64,000 bases of DNA, taken from contig JANWWP010000034.1 of assembly GCA_025055575.1 (NCBI GenBank), forward strand, positions 273 through 64,272, in the 5' to 3' direction. Shown in pieces: positions 48,020 through 58,014 of this stretch. This DNA comes from Flavobacteriales bacterium (GTDB taxonomy: Bacteria > Bacteroidota > Bacteroidia > CAIKAF01). Position numbers and translations under genes: made by a program. The notes under the pieces are model-generated. The model worked only from the letters and a program-made list of their open reading frames with translations. It made no database searches and was not told the origin of the DNA. Every line of letters starts with the position of its first letter. The first letter of the stretch is position 1.

Positions 48020-49056
48020 CACTTGGCTTGAAAAAAATTTATGGATTCATTTTTCTTCTTGCTCAAGGACTGTTTTCCTTGTACCTTCCACTCGCAGCGC
48101 AGGCACGATTAAAGCATCTGGGATTAAATACCAGGTTGCCGGAGCCCAGGGACGGCGATTGGTTTTTGGCGCATGCCACGGATCTGCATGTAGGTCAGGG
48201 GCTGAAGCATCGGGATTACGGAATGCCTGGATTCCTGGACAGCCTGGAAGGCCTCACCGGCGGTGTGGGGACACAGAGGCTCAATGAGCTCATCGAAAAA
48301 CTGAACGCCGTCGTCCGGGAGGGCCGTAAAGTTCTGGTGATTCTTTCCGGCGATTTGACCGACAGCGGGGAGCTTTCGGAGTTTATGGAGGTGCGCCGGA
48401 AGTTGAATGGTCTTTCGGTGCCTTGGGTACCACTCATGGGCAACCATGATACTTGGCCCTACACTTCTTGTGAAGATGAAGCCCCCGCCGCTTTGGGTGA
48501 TATTCTGATGACGAAAGTGTTTGGGGATGTATTTGATACTTTGAAACAATATTTTCAATTTCAAGGGGACCAACGTTTGAAGCCCTGCCCGGATCCTTTG
48601 AGCGGCCAAGTTGCGTATTTGCAGAACTTTTCTTTTTCCCTTCAGGGACGCCGTTTCATCTTCCTGGACTTTAACCCGCGCTACCATGTGCGCCTGAACG
48701 AACCTGGCATCGGGCCCGAAGTGTGTTTGCACGCTCAGGACTGTGGCACCATAGGATTTTTGGAGAAGCAACTGCAAGAAGCCCGGAAAGCCGGAGCAAA
48801 AGTCACACTCATTTCCCATCACCCGCCACAGGTATTTAAAATTTTTGGGAAACATTATGCCTTCAGCCGTTTCCAGAAAAAAATACTGAAATCCCTTTTA
48901 AAAAGGTATCCTGGCGTCGCCGACTCCTGGCTTTGCGGCCATTTTCATCGGTCCTTCCGGTACAAGGTGGCCGGTGTCCGAGTGTTCGAAACCGGCGCCA
49001 ACATCGGCCGGAACGGTGGGCTTGTGCGTTGGTTTATTCTAAACAACAACAACTAG
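48016..49056 (+). CDS. Exported calcineurin-like metallophosphoesterase
   Basis: TDLHVG, SGDLTD, GNHD, HHPP and GHFH metal ligands; signal peptide. Confidence 0.88.
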   Translation: MTLGLKKIYGFIFLLAQGLFSLYLPLAAQARLKHLGLNTRLPEPRDGDWFLAHATDLHVGQGLKHRDYGMPGFLDSLEGLTGGVGTQRLNELIEKLNAVVREGRKVLVILSGDLTDSGELSEFMEVRRKLNGLSVPWVPLMGNHDTWPYTSCEDEAPAALGDILMTKVFGDVFDTLKQYFQFQGDQRLKPCPDPLSGQVAYLQNFSFSLQGRRFIFLDFNPRYHVRLNEPGIGPEVCLHAQDCGTIGFLEKQLQEARKAGAKVTLISHHPPQVFKIFGKHYAFSRFQKKILKSLLKRYPGVADSWLCGHFHRSFRYKVAGVRVFETGANIGRNGGLVRWFILNNNN

Positions 49057-49135
49057 AGATTTCATTTTTTTTTCCACTGAGTAAGAACCCAGTGGGCCCT
49101 ATTACCTTTGCTCTTCATCTTTTGAAACATAAAAC

Positions 49136-50029
49136 ATGAATGTCACGGTTGTAGGCTCCGGCACAATGGGCAACGGAATAGCCCACGTCTTTGCTCAGTT
49201 TGGTCATGATGTGTGGCTGTTGGATGTTTCGCAGGAAAGACTTCAGACGGCCCTAGCCACAATTGAGAAAAATCTGAAGCGCCAGGCAGAGAAAGGGGTG
49301 CTTCCGGCCGAAGATGTGGGGGCTGTTTTGAGCCGTATCCGCACTTCCACAACTTATGAAAAAACTTTCCTTGAGCCTTCTGAATTGGTGGTGGAGGCGG
49401 CCACTGAAAATCCGGAAGTCAAATTCGAAATATTTCGCCGGTTGGACGAATTGTGTGGTCCACAGTGCATCCTGGCAAGCAACACCTCATCCATCTCCAT
49501 CACACGGATAGCTTCCCAAACCCGCCGGCCGGAAAAGGTGATAGGGATGCACTTTATGAATCCTGTGCCGGTGATGAAGCTGGTGGAAGTGATTCGCGGC
49601 TATTCCACCTCCGATGCTGTGTGTGCACAAGTCATGGAAATTTCAAAGGCCTTAAATAAAGTGCCTGTGGAGGTGCGGGATATGCCCGGCTTTGTGGCCA
49701 ATAAAATCCTCATGCCTATGATCAACGAAGCCATCATCACCCTGCATGAAGGCACAGCCGGAGTGGAAGAAATTGACACGGTGATGAAGCTGGGTATGGC
49801 CCATCCTATGGGGCCTCTCCAACTCGCCGACTTTATTGGGCTAGATGTATGCTTGGCTATTTTGCAAGTGCTCCATGAAGGCTTTGGACATCCCAAATAC
49901 GCTCCATGTCCTTTGCTGGTGAATATGGTAACGGCCGGTAAGCTCGGTGTGAAGGCCGGCGAAGGTTTCTATGTGTACACTCCCGGCTCCAAGGAACTGC
50001 GTGTCGCTCCAACTTTTTCTAAGAAATAA
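49136..50029 (+). CDS. hbd: 3-hydroxybutyryl-CoA dehydrogenase
   Basis: GSGTMGNGIA, VEAATE, ASNTSSI, GMHFMNPVP and HPMGPLQLADFIGLD motifs. TACCTTTG at 49103-49110. Confidence 0.93.
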   Translation: MNVTVVGSGTMGNGIAHVFAQFGHDVWLLDVSQERLQTALATIEKNLKRQAEKGVLPAEDVGAVLSRIRTSTTYEKTFLEPSELVVEAATENPEVKFEIFRRLDELCGPQCILASNTSSISITRIASQTRRPEKVIGMHFMNPVPVMKLVEVIRGYSTSDAVCAQVMEISKALNKVPVEVRDMPGFVANKILMPMINEAIITLHEGTAGVEEIDTVMKLGMAHPMGPLQLADFIGLDVCLAILQVLHEGFGHPKYAPCPLLVNMVTAGKLGVKAGEGFYVYTPGSKELRVAPTFSKK

Positions 50030-50173
50030 TGCGCTCGCATGTTTTACAAGTTCCTATCTAATTATACGTTTTTTTAAATGTGTTTGAGAAAAAAAGTATT
50101 TTTTGATTTGATTTTAAAAACAAATACAATTAAAATTATTATTATTGATTCAAAAGTTAAGTAATTTTGTTGC

Positions 50174-51193
50174 TTACCTTTTTAATAAGGATCTTATCCT
50201 AAGTTTAAATAAATTTTTGTTTCCCGGATCAAACCATTTCAAAAAGCCGGATTGAGAGTATAAACGGGCCAAACCCTTTACCGGAAAAGTGGCATTGGTG
50301 CACATATCCCAGCATCTGCGCGCCAAAAAAGGATTGAGCACGGCAGGTTCTGCAGCTTCGGGATTGGGATTTCGGATGATTTTTTGAGCCAATTCCAAAG
50401 CCTCGCGTAGAATGGCGAGGGTACCGGGCTGCTCTAATTGCACAAAGTATTTTTCAAATAAATCAAAAACGGAAGCCTGGTTAAAAATCTGAGGAAAGCA
50501 TTCAGAAAATATTTTTAGCCGGAGTTTGTATTCGGTTTCCAATTGAAGGGGACGTTCCCTGACGCACACCTGTTCCGGGTGAATGCGTCTGAGATAGAGC
50601 ACATCCGGAAGGCTGCAAAGCTCGGTGATTCGGCTCAACCGATAGAAAAAATCAAAGTCTTCCACGTGCAAATACCGTGCATTGAAGCGCAAGGGAAATT
50701 TCTTGAGGAAATCGTGACGAAACATCACGGTAGCATGAGCGATTTTGCAAGAAAACAACAACTGCATTTTCACAAATTCTGGCCGATGGTCATATCGTAC
50801 GTCATAATCCTCCGGATAGCCCAGGGTTCTGAAGGCTGTGCCTACCCCGCCCACGGAAGGATGGCGTTCCAAAAACCGGATTTGTTTTTCAAAACGTTGC
50901 GGCAGGCTGATGTCGTCGGCATCCATACGGGCGATATATTGACCGCGGGCCAGGTCAAGACCTCGGTTGAGCGTGGCCACCAGTTGGAGGTTTTGATTGT
51001 TGGGCAGGTAACGCAGCCGGTCGTCCTTGTAGCTTAAAGCAACATCACGGGTGTTATCCGTGGAGCCATCGTCCAGTAAAAGCAGTTCAAAATCGCCACA
51101 GGTCTGGTTTAAAATGCTTTCAATCGCCTCAGCCAAATATGCCCCGGCATTGTAGGCCGGCATAATCACTGAAATAAGTGGCTGAAAGGACAT
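50174..51193 (-). CDS. Glycosyltransferase family 2
   Basis: ISVIMPAYN, DDGSTD, RMDADD, HATVMFR and EDF motifs. Confidence 0.93.
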   Translation of the reverse strand: MSFQPLISVIMPAYNAGAYLAEAIESILNQTCGDFELLLLDDGSTDNTRDVALSYKDDRLRYLPNNQNLQLVATLNRGLDLARGQYIARMDADDISLPQRFEKQIRFLERHPSVGGVGTAFRTLGYPEDYDVRYDHRPEFVKMQLLFSCKIAHATVMFRHDFLKKFPLRFNARYLHVEDFDFFYRLSRITELCSLPDVLYLRRIHPEQVCVRERPLQLETEYKLRLKIFSECFPQIFNQASVFDLFEKYFVQLEQPGTLAILREALELAQKIIRNPNPEAAEPAVLNPFLARRCWDMCTNATFPVKGLARLYSQSGFLKWFDPGNKNLFKLRIRSLLKR

Positions 51194-51196
51194 ACT

Positions 51197-51616
51197 TCAG
51201 ACAGGTTCGCCCAGATACTCCACAAAATTGTTGGCTGTTTCGTACAGCGTGATTTTGTGGAGACGACAATTGGGCCTGAGCACCAAGGGCTCCAAAATGC
51301 GCCAGATTTCCATAGCCAGTATTTCCGTAGTGGGCATTTTGCCGGCCATAAAAGGGACATCCAAATTGAGATTTTTATGATCCAAGGCTTCCACCACATG
51401 TTCCCGAATCAGCCGACTCAGCTCCTTTAAATCCACCACTAGCCCGGTTTGAGGGTCGGGCTTTCCGGCCACTGTCACGTACAGATCGAAGTTGTGGCCG
51501 TGCCAGTTGGGGTTCGCGCATTTTCCAAAAACTTCAAAATTTTTTTCTGCACTCCAATCCGCGCACCAGAGTTTATGTGCAGCATTGAAGTGTTCTTTGC
51601 GCGTCAGGTAAACCAC
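51197..51616 (-). CDS. queD: 6-carboxytetrahydropterin synthase / PTPS family protein
   Basis: FNAAH, CANPNWHGHN, LDHKNLN, TTE and LYET motifs. Confidence 0.88.
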   Translation of the reverse strand: MVYLTRKEHFNAAHKLWCADWSAEKNFEVFGKCANPNWHGHNFDLYVTVAGKPDPQTGLVVDLKELSRLIREHVVEALDHKNLNLDVPFMAGKMPTTEILAMEIWRILEPLVLRPNCRLHKITLYETANNFVEYLGEPV

Positions 51617-51620
51617 GGGG

Positions 51621-51652
51621 CAAAATTATGCAGGAGGCGCAGAGTAATTTTG
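51621..51652. promoter_or_regulatory. Back-to-back -7 elements of queD and the AsmA-like gene
   Basis: TAATTTTG on - (51628-51621) and on + (51645-51652), each exactly 4 nt from a GTG start. Confidence 0.7.
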
Positions 51653-51656
51653 AAGT

Positions 51657-54131
51657 GTGGCAATCAGGCTGCGACACGGCAGGTGGACAAGGCGTCTTTT
51701 CGCTGTTTTGAAATTCCTATTGGCAGTATCCCTAGCTTCCGTCACGGGAGCCCTTCTGTATATTTTCTTCTTCCTTTCGGATGATATTAAAGCACAAGCT
51801 TTAAGTCTTATCAGCCGGACGGTGCGCACGGAAGTGAGCCTTTCGGAACCTGTATTGGATATTTTTTCCGGTTTTCCTTATGTGGTTTTGGAATTGAATG
51901 ATGTCCGATGCCGCGGACTCAACCTTCCCGGTAAGAGCGGGGATTTGTTTCAAGCCCGGCGCGTGCAGCTCAAATTCAGCGTATGGGACTTTTTTCTGGG
52001 CCAGATTAATTTCAAGAGAATCCGGATGGAAGATGGCTATTTTCATCTCATCCGGCACGAAAGCGGCGGCGCCAATTGGGCCGTTTTCAACACCGATATT
52101 CTTTCGGCAGAAAGTGCAGGACGCGCCCTTTTTTCGATCGATCGGATTGATATCCGGAACATGGCCTTGCGGCTGGAGGATGCGTATCTGCACAATAGGG
52201 CTGTGCTGCGACTGAAATCGCTAGAATTGGCGGGGAATTTTCAGGCTACAGAGCCCGACGTGGTGCTGGAATCCGAAGTGCGACTTGACAGCATGCTTCT
52301 GGCCAACGGGCTCAACCCCACACCGGCAGATTATTCTCTGCTGGCTTCCTTGCAGGCGCAGCCGAATCAAAAAATGTACTGGCTTCGTTCGTGCGAGGTG
52401 CGGAGCGGAAACGAGATGCAACTCCGATTGAACGGGAGAGTGGAGGCTAAAGGCAGCGAAGGCTTCGAAACCTCGGCCGAAGGTTTTCTGGATTTACGCC
52501 GTCAGACCCGTCTGGAGGGTTATCTTCCCTTGAAGGAAGCATCTTGGTCGGAAGGGTTTTCCTTACAAGGGGATCTCCAGGCACGTTTCAATATTCAAGG
52601 CGTGGTAGGGCCTTCCAAAAGTCCTCTTGTCAGCGTGTGGTTTCGTTTGGCCCATGGGCAACTGGGGCGTCATGCCCCAGCCTCTGACAATGTACTGTAT
52701 TGTGTAGCCAGCGGAAGAGGCCGCTTTGAGAGCGGATACTGGCGCCTGGACATACCCTTGTTAGGGATCAGCTCAGAGCAGGGCACCCGGCTGAGCGGAA
52801 GTTTTCGGATGGAAGATGGGCAATCCAGAAAAAAGGCATTATCCCTAAAAGGCAAATTTTCCTTAGAGGATTTGGGCTGGCTCTTAAAATTTCCAGAAAA
52901 CCGACGCCCTTCCGGCGGTCTGGAAGGCAGCTTGTCCCTGCGTGTCGGGGAAAACGGTAAATTTATTCCCGAAGCACGGGTTTATGGACAGAACATAGTA
53001 TTTCCCCTGGGCCATGAAGGCGATACTCTTGTCATGGGCAAAGTGGAAATCCGATCTTCGTCCAGCCAGGCCATTTTTGAGGTGGAACAAGGCCGGTTGA
53101 TGGGCCAGGATTTTTATGCCCGGTTCCATTTTCCGATAAACCCTTCTGAGAATCTTTTTGAAAAAGCAGAGACTTCCGTTCTGGAATTTGACCGGTTCAA
53201 TCTGGCAGATATTAAACCGGGATTTTGGACACAACCTTTCCTGGGGCCTTGGACAGGGTTGGAAGTCCTGATGGCGCTGCCTCCCGGCTGCCGGATTTCC
53301 TCCGAAATCCTGACTTATGAAAATTTTACCGTTCAAGGTGTAGAAGCCAGAAAGTGCACGTCAACGCATAAACGAAATACACTTTTGACTGGCTTCGGCA
53401 AATTTTGCGATGCAGGCGCTGCCTTTAAGTTGGAGTTTCTATCAACGGCCGGAAAGCTCCACTTGGTGGCGACCGCTGTCACAGAGGATATGCGCTCGGT
53501 ATGTCTTTTAAAACCCTTTGCCGAGAATGTCCGAAGCTTTTCTTACCCCGACCTTCTATCCGACAACTGTCGGTTGGCACTCCTCTGTCAATGGTACCTC
53601 CCCCCGCAACGCCCCCCGGCTTTTCGCTGGAAAACGCGCCTGGTGGCGGGCCCGGGCACTCTATCCGGTTCCGATTGGCAACAGGAGCTTGTGTCTATGA
53701 CCGGATGGCCCGAAGGCCGAAAAATCACTTTCCAGAATTTAACCTACGAGGCTTTGGGGGACAGCGGTTCTGTATTTCAGGCCAGGGCCGAACTGCGGCT
53801 AAAAAACTCAGTCGCACGGCTTCTTCATGGTTCATATTATGATTATTGCGAATTGGAGGGAGGCGACAATTATTTAGGGAAAATCAGGTCGTACCTGGAA
53901 TTCAACGTCTCCGAATCTTTGTGGCGGGAGGAAAGCGGACATCTGCTTTTGGCTTTTCCGAAAGGGCCTCATGCGCAAGTACCGGCATTTGGAGCGCTGC
54001 GCCAGGAATGGAACAAGCAAGGGGAGGAATTCGTTGAATTGGACAAAAATCTCCGATTGGAACTTTTAGAGTTTGCATCATGTGATACTTTAAATAGCCA
54101 CGGTTCACAAAAAGGTAAGAAAGCCCATTGA
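51657..54131 (+). CDS. AsmA-like family protein
   Basis: N-terminal TM anchor followed by GFPYVVLELNDV...LF.A..V.L.FS.WD...NW, the AsmA-like N-terminus. The remainder is beta-rich and divergent. Confidence 0.7.
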   Translation: MAIRLRHGRWTRRLFAVLKFLLAVSLASVTGALLYIFFFLSDDIKAQALSLISRTVRTEVSLSEPVLDIFSGFPYVVLELNDVRCRGLNLPGKSGDLFQARRVQLKFSVWDFFLGQINFKRIRMEDGYFHLIRHESGGANWAVFNTDILSAESAGRALFSIDRIDIRNMALRLEDAYLHNRAVLRLKSLELAGNFQATEPDVVLESEVRLDSMLLANGLNPTPADYSLLASLQAQPNQKMYWLRSCEVRSGNEMQLRLNGRVEAKGSEGFETSAEGFLDLRRQTRLEGYLPLKEASWSEGFSLQGDLQARFNIQGVVGPSKSPLVSVWFRLAHGQLGRHAPASDNVLYCVASGRGRFESGYWRLDIPLLGISSEQGTRLSGSFRMEDGQSRKKALSLKGKFSLEDLGWLLKFPENRRPSGGLEGSLSLRVGENGKFIPEARVYGQNIVFPLGHEGDTLVMGKVEIRSSSSQAIFEVEQGRLMGQDFYARFHFPINPSENLFEKAETSVLEFDRFNLADIKPGFWTQPFLGPWTGLEVLMALPPGCRISSEILTYENFTVQGVEARKCTSTHKRNTLLTGFGKFCDAGAAFKLEFLSTAGKLHLVATAVTEDMRSVCLLKPFAENVRSFSYPDLLSDNCRLALLCQWYLPPQRPPAFRWKTRLVAGPGTLSGSDWQQELVSMTGWPEGRKITFQNLTYEALGDSGSVFQARAELRLKNSVARLLHGSYYDYCELEGGDNYLGKIRSYLEFNVSESLWREESGHLLLAFPKGPHAQVPAFGALRQEWNKQGEEFVELDKNLRLELLEFASCDTLNSHGSQKGKKAH

Positions 54132-54201
54132 GCTTCACCTCACAACTGGATTTTGAAAACCCGAGCCGGACTTATAGTTTCGTTGCCGTTTTAATTTAAT
54201 A

Positions 54202-55833
54202 ATGGCTTCACAATCGACACCGAACAAAAAACATCCCGCCGGTCTTCCCTACCTGTTTTTTACTGAAATGTGGGAACGCTTCGGCTACTATCTGATGCTG
54301 GGCATCTTCGCCCTCTACATGATGGACAGTGTGGAAAATGGCGGTATGGGCTTCACCAAGCAAAAAAAATCCGACATCTACGGCACCTACATTGGCCTGG
54401 TCTATCTGACCCCCTTTATTGGAGGGCTTTTAGCAGACAGGATATTGGGATACAGAAAATCCATCCTGATCGGCGGTCTTTTGATGGCCCTTGGATATTT
54501 TGGCCTGGCTGTACCCGGCGAGTCGGTTTTTTATTTATCTCTTCTAAGTATTATTCTGGGCAATGGCTTTTTTAAACCCAATATTTCCACTCTTTTAGGG
54601 AATTTGTATAATAATCCGGCCTACATTAAAAATAAAGATGCGGGATATAATATATTTTATGCCGGCATCAACATCGGCGCTTTTTTCTGCAATTTCGTGG
54701 CGGCTTACATGCGCATCAACTATGGCTGGGGCTGGGCTTTCGCGGCGGCCGGGGTGGGGATGGTACTGGGGCTCATCATTTTTTTGGCAGGCACCCGTCA
54801 CATTCGGGAGGGCGACGTCCTAAAGCCGGTACAACCTGGGGATTTAAAGACTTCCCACATTCTGATGGGCACCCTGCTGCCCATGCTGGCTTTTGGTCTA
54901 ATAGGATATTTTATAAAAGGCATCACATCTCCTGAAAATCCCAACGGCAACATTTTTGGCACCGATACCAACGACGCCTTTCTATTTGGTTGCATTCCCG
55001 TGATTTTATTCTTCGTGGTGCTGTTGCTAAAATCTTCGCCCGAAGAAAAAAGACCGGTGGGGGCCTTGCTCTCGGTGTACGCCTGCATTGTGATATTCTG
55101 GGCTGTATTCCATCAAAACGGTGATGCCCTCACCGTGTGGGCCGAGGAATATACTGACCGAGAAATGCCTGCCTCCATATCCCGGCTGATGAGCAGCGTG
55201 GATCTGGCTCAGGTGCTCCGAAACGATCCATCGGATGCACGCAGCTACGCACAATACCAAAAGTATGCTGCCAATCTGCCATTAGAAAGGCAACCGCCTC
55301 CCGGAGGCGAGCTAAAGTTGGTATCCGCAGAATTGTTCCAGAGCGTCAACCCTTTCTGGGTGATTGTGCTCACGCCTGTCATCGTCGGCTTCTTCGGATT
55401 TTTGAGGCGTCGAAATCTGGAACCCTCCACCCCCAGTAAAATTGCCATTGGCTTGGTGATCACGGCCCTGTCCGCCTTGGTGATGGTGGCCGCCGTAAAA
55501 TCTACCAACCTGGCAACGGAGAAAGCTTCCAGCTGGTGGCTCATAGCAGCCTATGGTGTGATCACAGTGGGGGAACTGTGCCTGTCGCCCATGGGCCTTT
55601 CATTGGTTTCCAAGCTGTCTCCACCCCGCATTACGGCCTTAATGATGGGGGGCTTTTTTCTATCTACTTCCGTGGGCAACAAGTTGTCGGGGGTGTTGTC
55701 CGGAATGTGGGAACGCTATGATGACAAATCCCATTTCTTTCTGCTCAACTTTGCCCTGGTGATGGCTGCCGCCCTCATGATGCTGCTGCTTCTGCGCTGG
55801 TTGAATAAAGTGATGAAAGAAAAAAATATTTGA
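54202..55833 (+). CDS. POT/PTR family proton-dependent oligopeptide transporter
   Basis: FFTEMWERFGYY (ExxERF), GGLLADRILG, GNGFFKPNIS, FYAGINIG and GELCLSPMG motifs. Confidence 0.96.
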   Translation: MASQSTPNKKHPAGLPYLFFTEMWERFGYYLMLGIFALYMMDSVENGGMGFTKQKKSDIYGTYIGLVYLTPFIGGLLADRILGYRKSILIGGLLMALGYFGLAVPGESVFYLSLLSIILGNGFFKPNISTLLGNLYNNPAYIKNKDAGYNIFYAGINIGAFFCNFVAAYMRINYGWGWAFAAAGVGMVLGLIIFLAGTRHIREGDVLKPVQPGDLKTSHILMGTLLPMLAFGLIGYFIKGITSPENPNGNIFGTDTNDAFLFGCIPVILFFVVLLLKSSPEEKRPVGALLSVYACIVIFWAVFHQNGDALTVWAEEYTDREMPASISRLMSSVDLAQVLRNDPSDARSYAQYQKYAANLPLERQPPPGGELKLVSAELFQSVNPFWVIVLTPVIVGFFGFLRRRNLEPSTPSKIAIGLVITALSALVMVAAVKSTNLATEKASSWWLIAAYGVITVGELCLSPMGLSLVSKLSPPRITALMMGGFFLSTSVGNKLSGVLSGMWERYDDKSHFFLLNFALVMAAALMMLLLLRWLNKVMKEKNI

Positions 55834-55849
55834 CCGCCTCCAGTCAGGA

Positions 55850-56812
55850 ATGATTCTTATCACCGGAGCGGCCGGATTCATTGGCAGCTATGTGGCAGGC
55901 AAGCTCAACAGCCACAAAGTGGATGATTTGCTGCTGTGTGACGATTTTTCAGCGCTTACCAAACAAGCCAACTGGCGCACAAAAAAATATGTAGCGCTGC
56001 TGCCAAGAGAACATGTTTTTGAGGATCTCCAAAAGTGGGAGGGTAAAATAGATACCGTCATTCATTTGGGCGCGCGCACCGATACGACCCTCACCGATGA
56101 CCATATTTTTGAAAAGTGGAACCTGGCATTTTCCCAACATCTTTGGAAATACTGTGCCGAACGGCAGATCACCTTTATCTATGCCTCCAGCGCGGCTACT
56201 TACGGTGATGGACGGTTAGGTTACAGCGACCTGACGGCACCGGAATACTTACAGCCTCTCAACGCCTACGCCCGTTCAAAAAACGCTTTCGACAGGTGGG
56301 CCCTGCAGCAGGACAAATTACCGGCCTATTGGGTGGGTCTGAAATTTTTTAATGTGTACGGTCCCAACGAATATCATAAGGGACGTATGGCCTCTGTGGT
56401 ATATCACGGCTACAAGCAAATTGTGCAGGAGGGTATCCTGCGCCTTTTCCGGAGTCATCGGGCGGATGTGCCCGATGGCTGTCAGGCCCGTGATTTCATT
56501 TATGTGGACGATGTGGCCGAAATCATTTGGTTTCTCCTGAAACGGCAGCCCCTGGAGGGCCTCCTGAATGTGGGCACAGGACAAGCGCGCACCTTTCTGG
56601 ATTTGGCAGGGGCCTTATTTTCAACTCTGGATAAAGAACCGCACATACAGTTTGTGGATACCCCGGAAGATATTCGTGCCACTTACCAATATTTCACGGC
56701 CGCAGACCAGGAAAAATTTAAAACCACGGGCTACTCAAAACCTTTTACATCGTTGGAAGAAGGGGTCCGTCGCTACGTGCAACAGTTTTTGATACCTGGC
56801 CTCTATTATTAG
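55850..56812 (+). CDS. rfaD: ADP-L-glycero-D-manno-heptose 6-epimerase
   Basis: TGAAGFIGS, HLGARTDT, YASSAATYG, PLNAYARSK, FNVYGPNEYHKGRMASV and YQYFT motifs. Confidence 0.93.
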   Translation: MILITGAAGFIGSYVAGKLNSHKVDDLLLCDDFSALTKQANWRTKKYVALLPREHVFEDLQKWEGKIDTVIHLGARTDTTLTDDHIFEKWNLAFSQHLWKYCAERQITFIYASSAATYGDGRLGYSDLTAPEYLQPLNAYARSKNAFDRWALQQDKLPAYWVGLKFFNVYGPNEYHKGRMASVVYHGYKQIVQEGILRLFRSHRADVPDGCQARDFIYVDDVAEIIWFLLKRQPLEGLLNVGTGQARTFLDLAGALFSTLDKEPHIQFVDTPEDIRATYQYFTAADQEKFKTTGYSKPFTSLEEGVRRYVQQFLIPGLYY

Positions 56813-56813
56813 A

Positions 56814-57356
56814 TTGGCGCTTATGCGACAACTGAAACTGGAAGAACTGGGACGGCTGAGCGCCGAAGAAGCGCGCCGCAGCCCCAAGTTGCCTATCTGG
56901 CTGATTTTGGAAAATCTACGAAGCGGCTTTAATGTGGGTTCCTTCTTTAGAACGGCCGATGCATTTGGCATTGAACGAATTGTGCTGTGCGGATTCACAC
57001 CCCAGCCGCCCCACGCGGAAATTCGAAAAGCTGCCCTGGGCGCCGAAGATGTTGTGGCATGGCAGTTTTGTGCCACAGTAGGGGATGTCCCCGAACTTTT
57101 GCCCCCCGGTTTTTTGAAGATAGCTTTAGAGCAAACCGATGTCTCTGTGCCGCTTCACCATTTCAGACCTGGATCCGGGCAGGGCGTGGCCCTGTGGGTG
57201 GGCAACGAAGTGCATGGGCTTTCACAGCAGGCCCTTGACCTTTGCGAATTGGCCCTGGAGATTCCACAGAGGGGCTTTAAGCATTCCCTCAATGTGGCCG
57301 TGGCCGGCGGCATTGCTCTGTGGCATATAAGCCGCCTTTTACAAAGTCCCAAGTAG
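56814..57356 (+). CDS. TrmH/SpoU family RNA methyltransferase
   Basis: ENLRSGFNVGSFFRTADAF, GNEVHG and IPQ.G.KHSLNV motifs. Confidence 0.93.
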   Translation: MALMRQLKLEELGRLSAEEARRSPKLPIWLILENLRSGFNVGSFFRTADAFGIERIVLCGFTPQPPHAEIRKAALGAEDVVAWQFCATVGDVPELLPPGFLKIALEQTDVSVPLHHFRPGSGQGVALWVGNEVHGLSQQALDLCELALEIPQRGFKHSLNVAVAGGIALWHISRLLQSPK

Positions 57357-57400
57357 AAATTTGTTTATTGATTTTTTTAATTTTACAGAAATTTTATGGT

Positions 57401-57886
57401 ATGAAAAAAATTGCTGTTATTCTCATATTTTTTATTCATATATCTTTAGGATTTTCTCAGTCCTTGGAGCGTCAGGTGATCAATAGCTTCGGAAACGCTG
57501 TGGTCGCCTCGGGGCTGTATTTTGAACACAACGGCGGGGAAGTCATCACCCAATCTCTGAATGCCGGGGGCATTTGGCTATTGCAGGGTTTTTTGCAGCC
57601 ATCCAAGGAATCCGTCGGACTTCCAGAAGAGGCGGGTCCTGTGATTTCTTGCCCCACTCCGGCTCCGGTGCCCTTCGAAAATACGCTGGAGCTTATGGAC
57701 AACCACATATTGTGGGAAAGAGCATCCCTTCATGATGCCGGTGGCCGGCTTATTTGGCAACGTACGATGCCTTCCAATACCCTTTCTGGACTTCCCGAGG
57801 GTTTGGCTGAGGGCATGTATGTGCTAAAGTTGCATTCCGGCTCCGGCACGTCCTGTGTATATAAATTGTTGCACAAGCGGCTTTAG
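57401..57886 (+). CDS. Small T9SS cargo protein with a type A C-terminal sorting domain
   Basis: Signal peptide (GFS-Q); GE...QGFLQP module; CTD PAPVPF..L.DAGGR..LAEGMYVLKL..K. Confidence 0.75.
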   Translation: MKKIAVILIFFIHISLGFSQSLERQVINSFGNAVVASGLYFEHNGGEVITQSLNAGGIWLLQGFLQPSKESVGLPEEAGPVISCPTPAPVPFENTLELMDNHILWERASLHDAGGRLIWQRTMPSNTLSGLPEGLAEGMYVLKLHSGSGTSCVYKLLHKRL

Positions 57887-57916
57887 AAGATTTAAATCTT
57901 TTTTTCACACATTGTT

Positions 57917-57934
57917 TGTCATTTTTTCATGACA
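57917..57934. promoter_or_regulatory. Palindromic candidate operator upstream of cytochrome c peroxidase
   Basis: TGTCAT-N6-ATGACA in an AT-rich intergenic region. Confidence 0.35.
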
Positions 57935-58014
57935 GATTGTAGTATTTTCAATTAATTTTCTGTGGAATTCTTTTGGTACAAAATTTTAATACATTCACTT
58001 GAAAATATGGCTTT

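Noticed and set aside
50060..50069. AATTATACGT shared with 10421-10430
   Set aside because: A single 10-mer match between two very AT-rich tracts is expected by chance.
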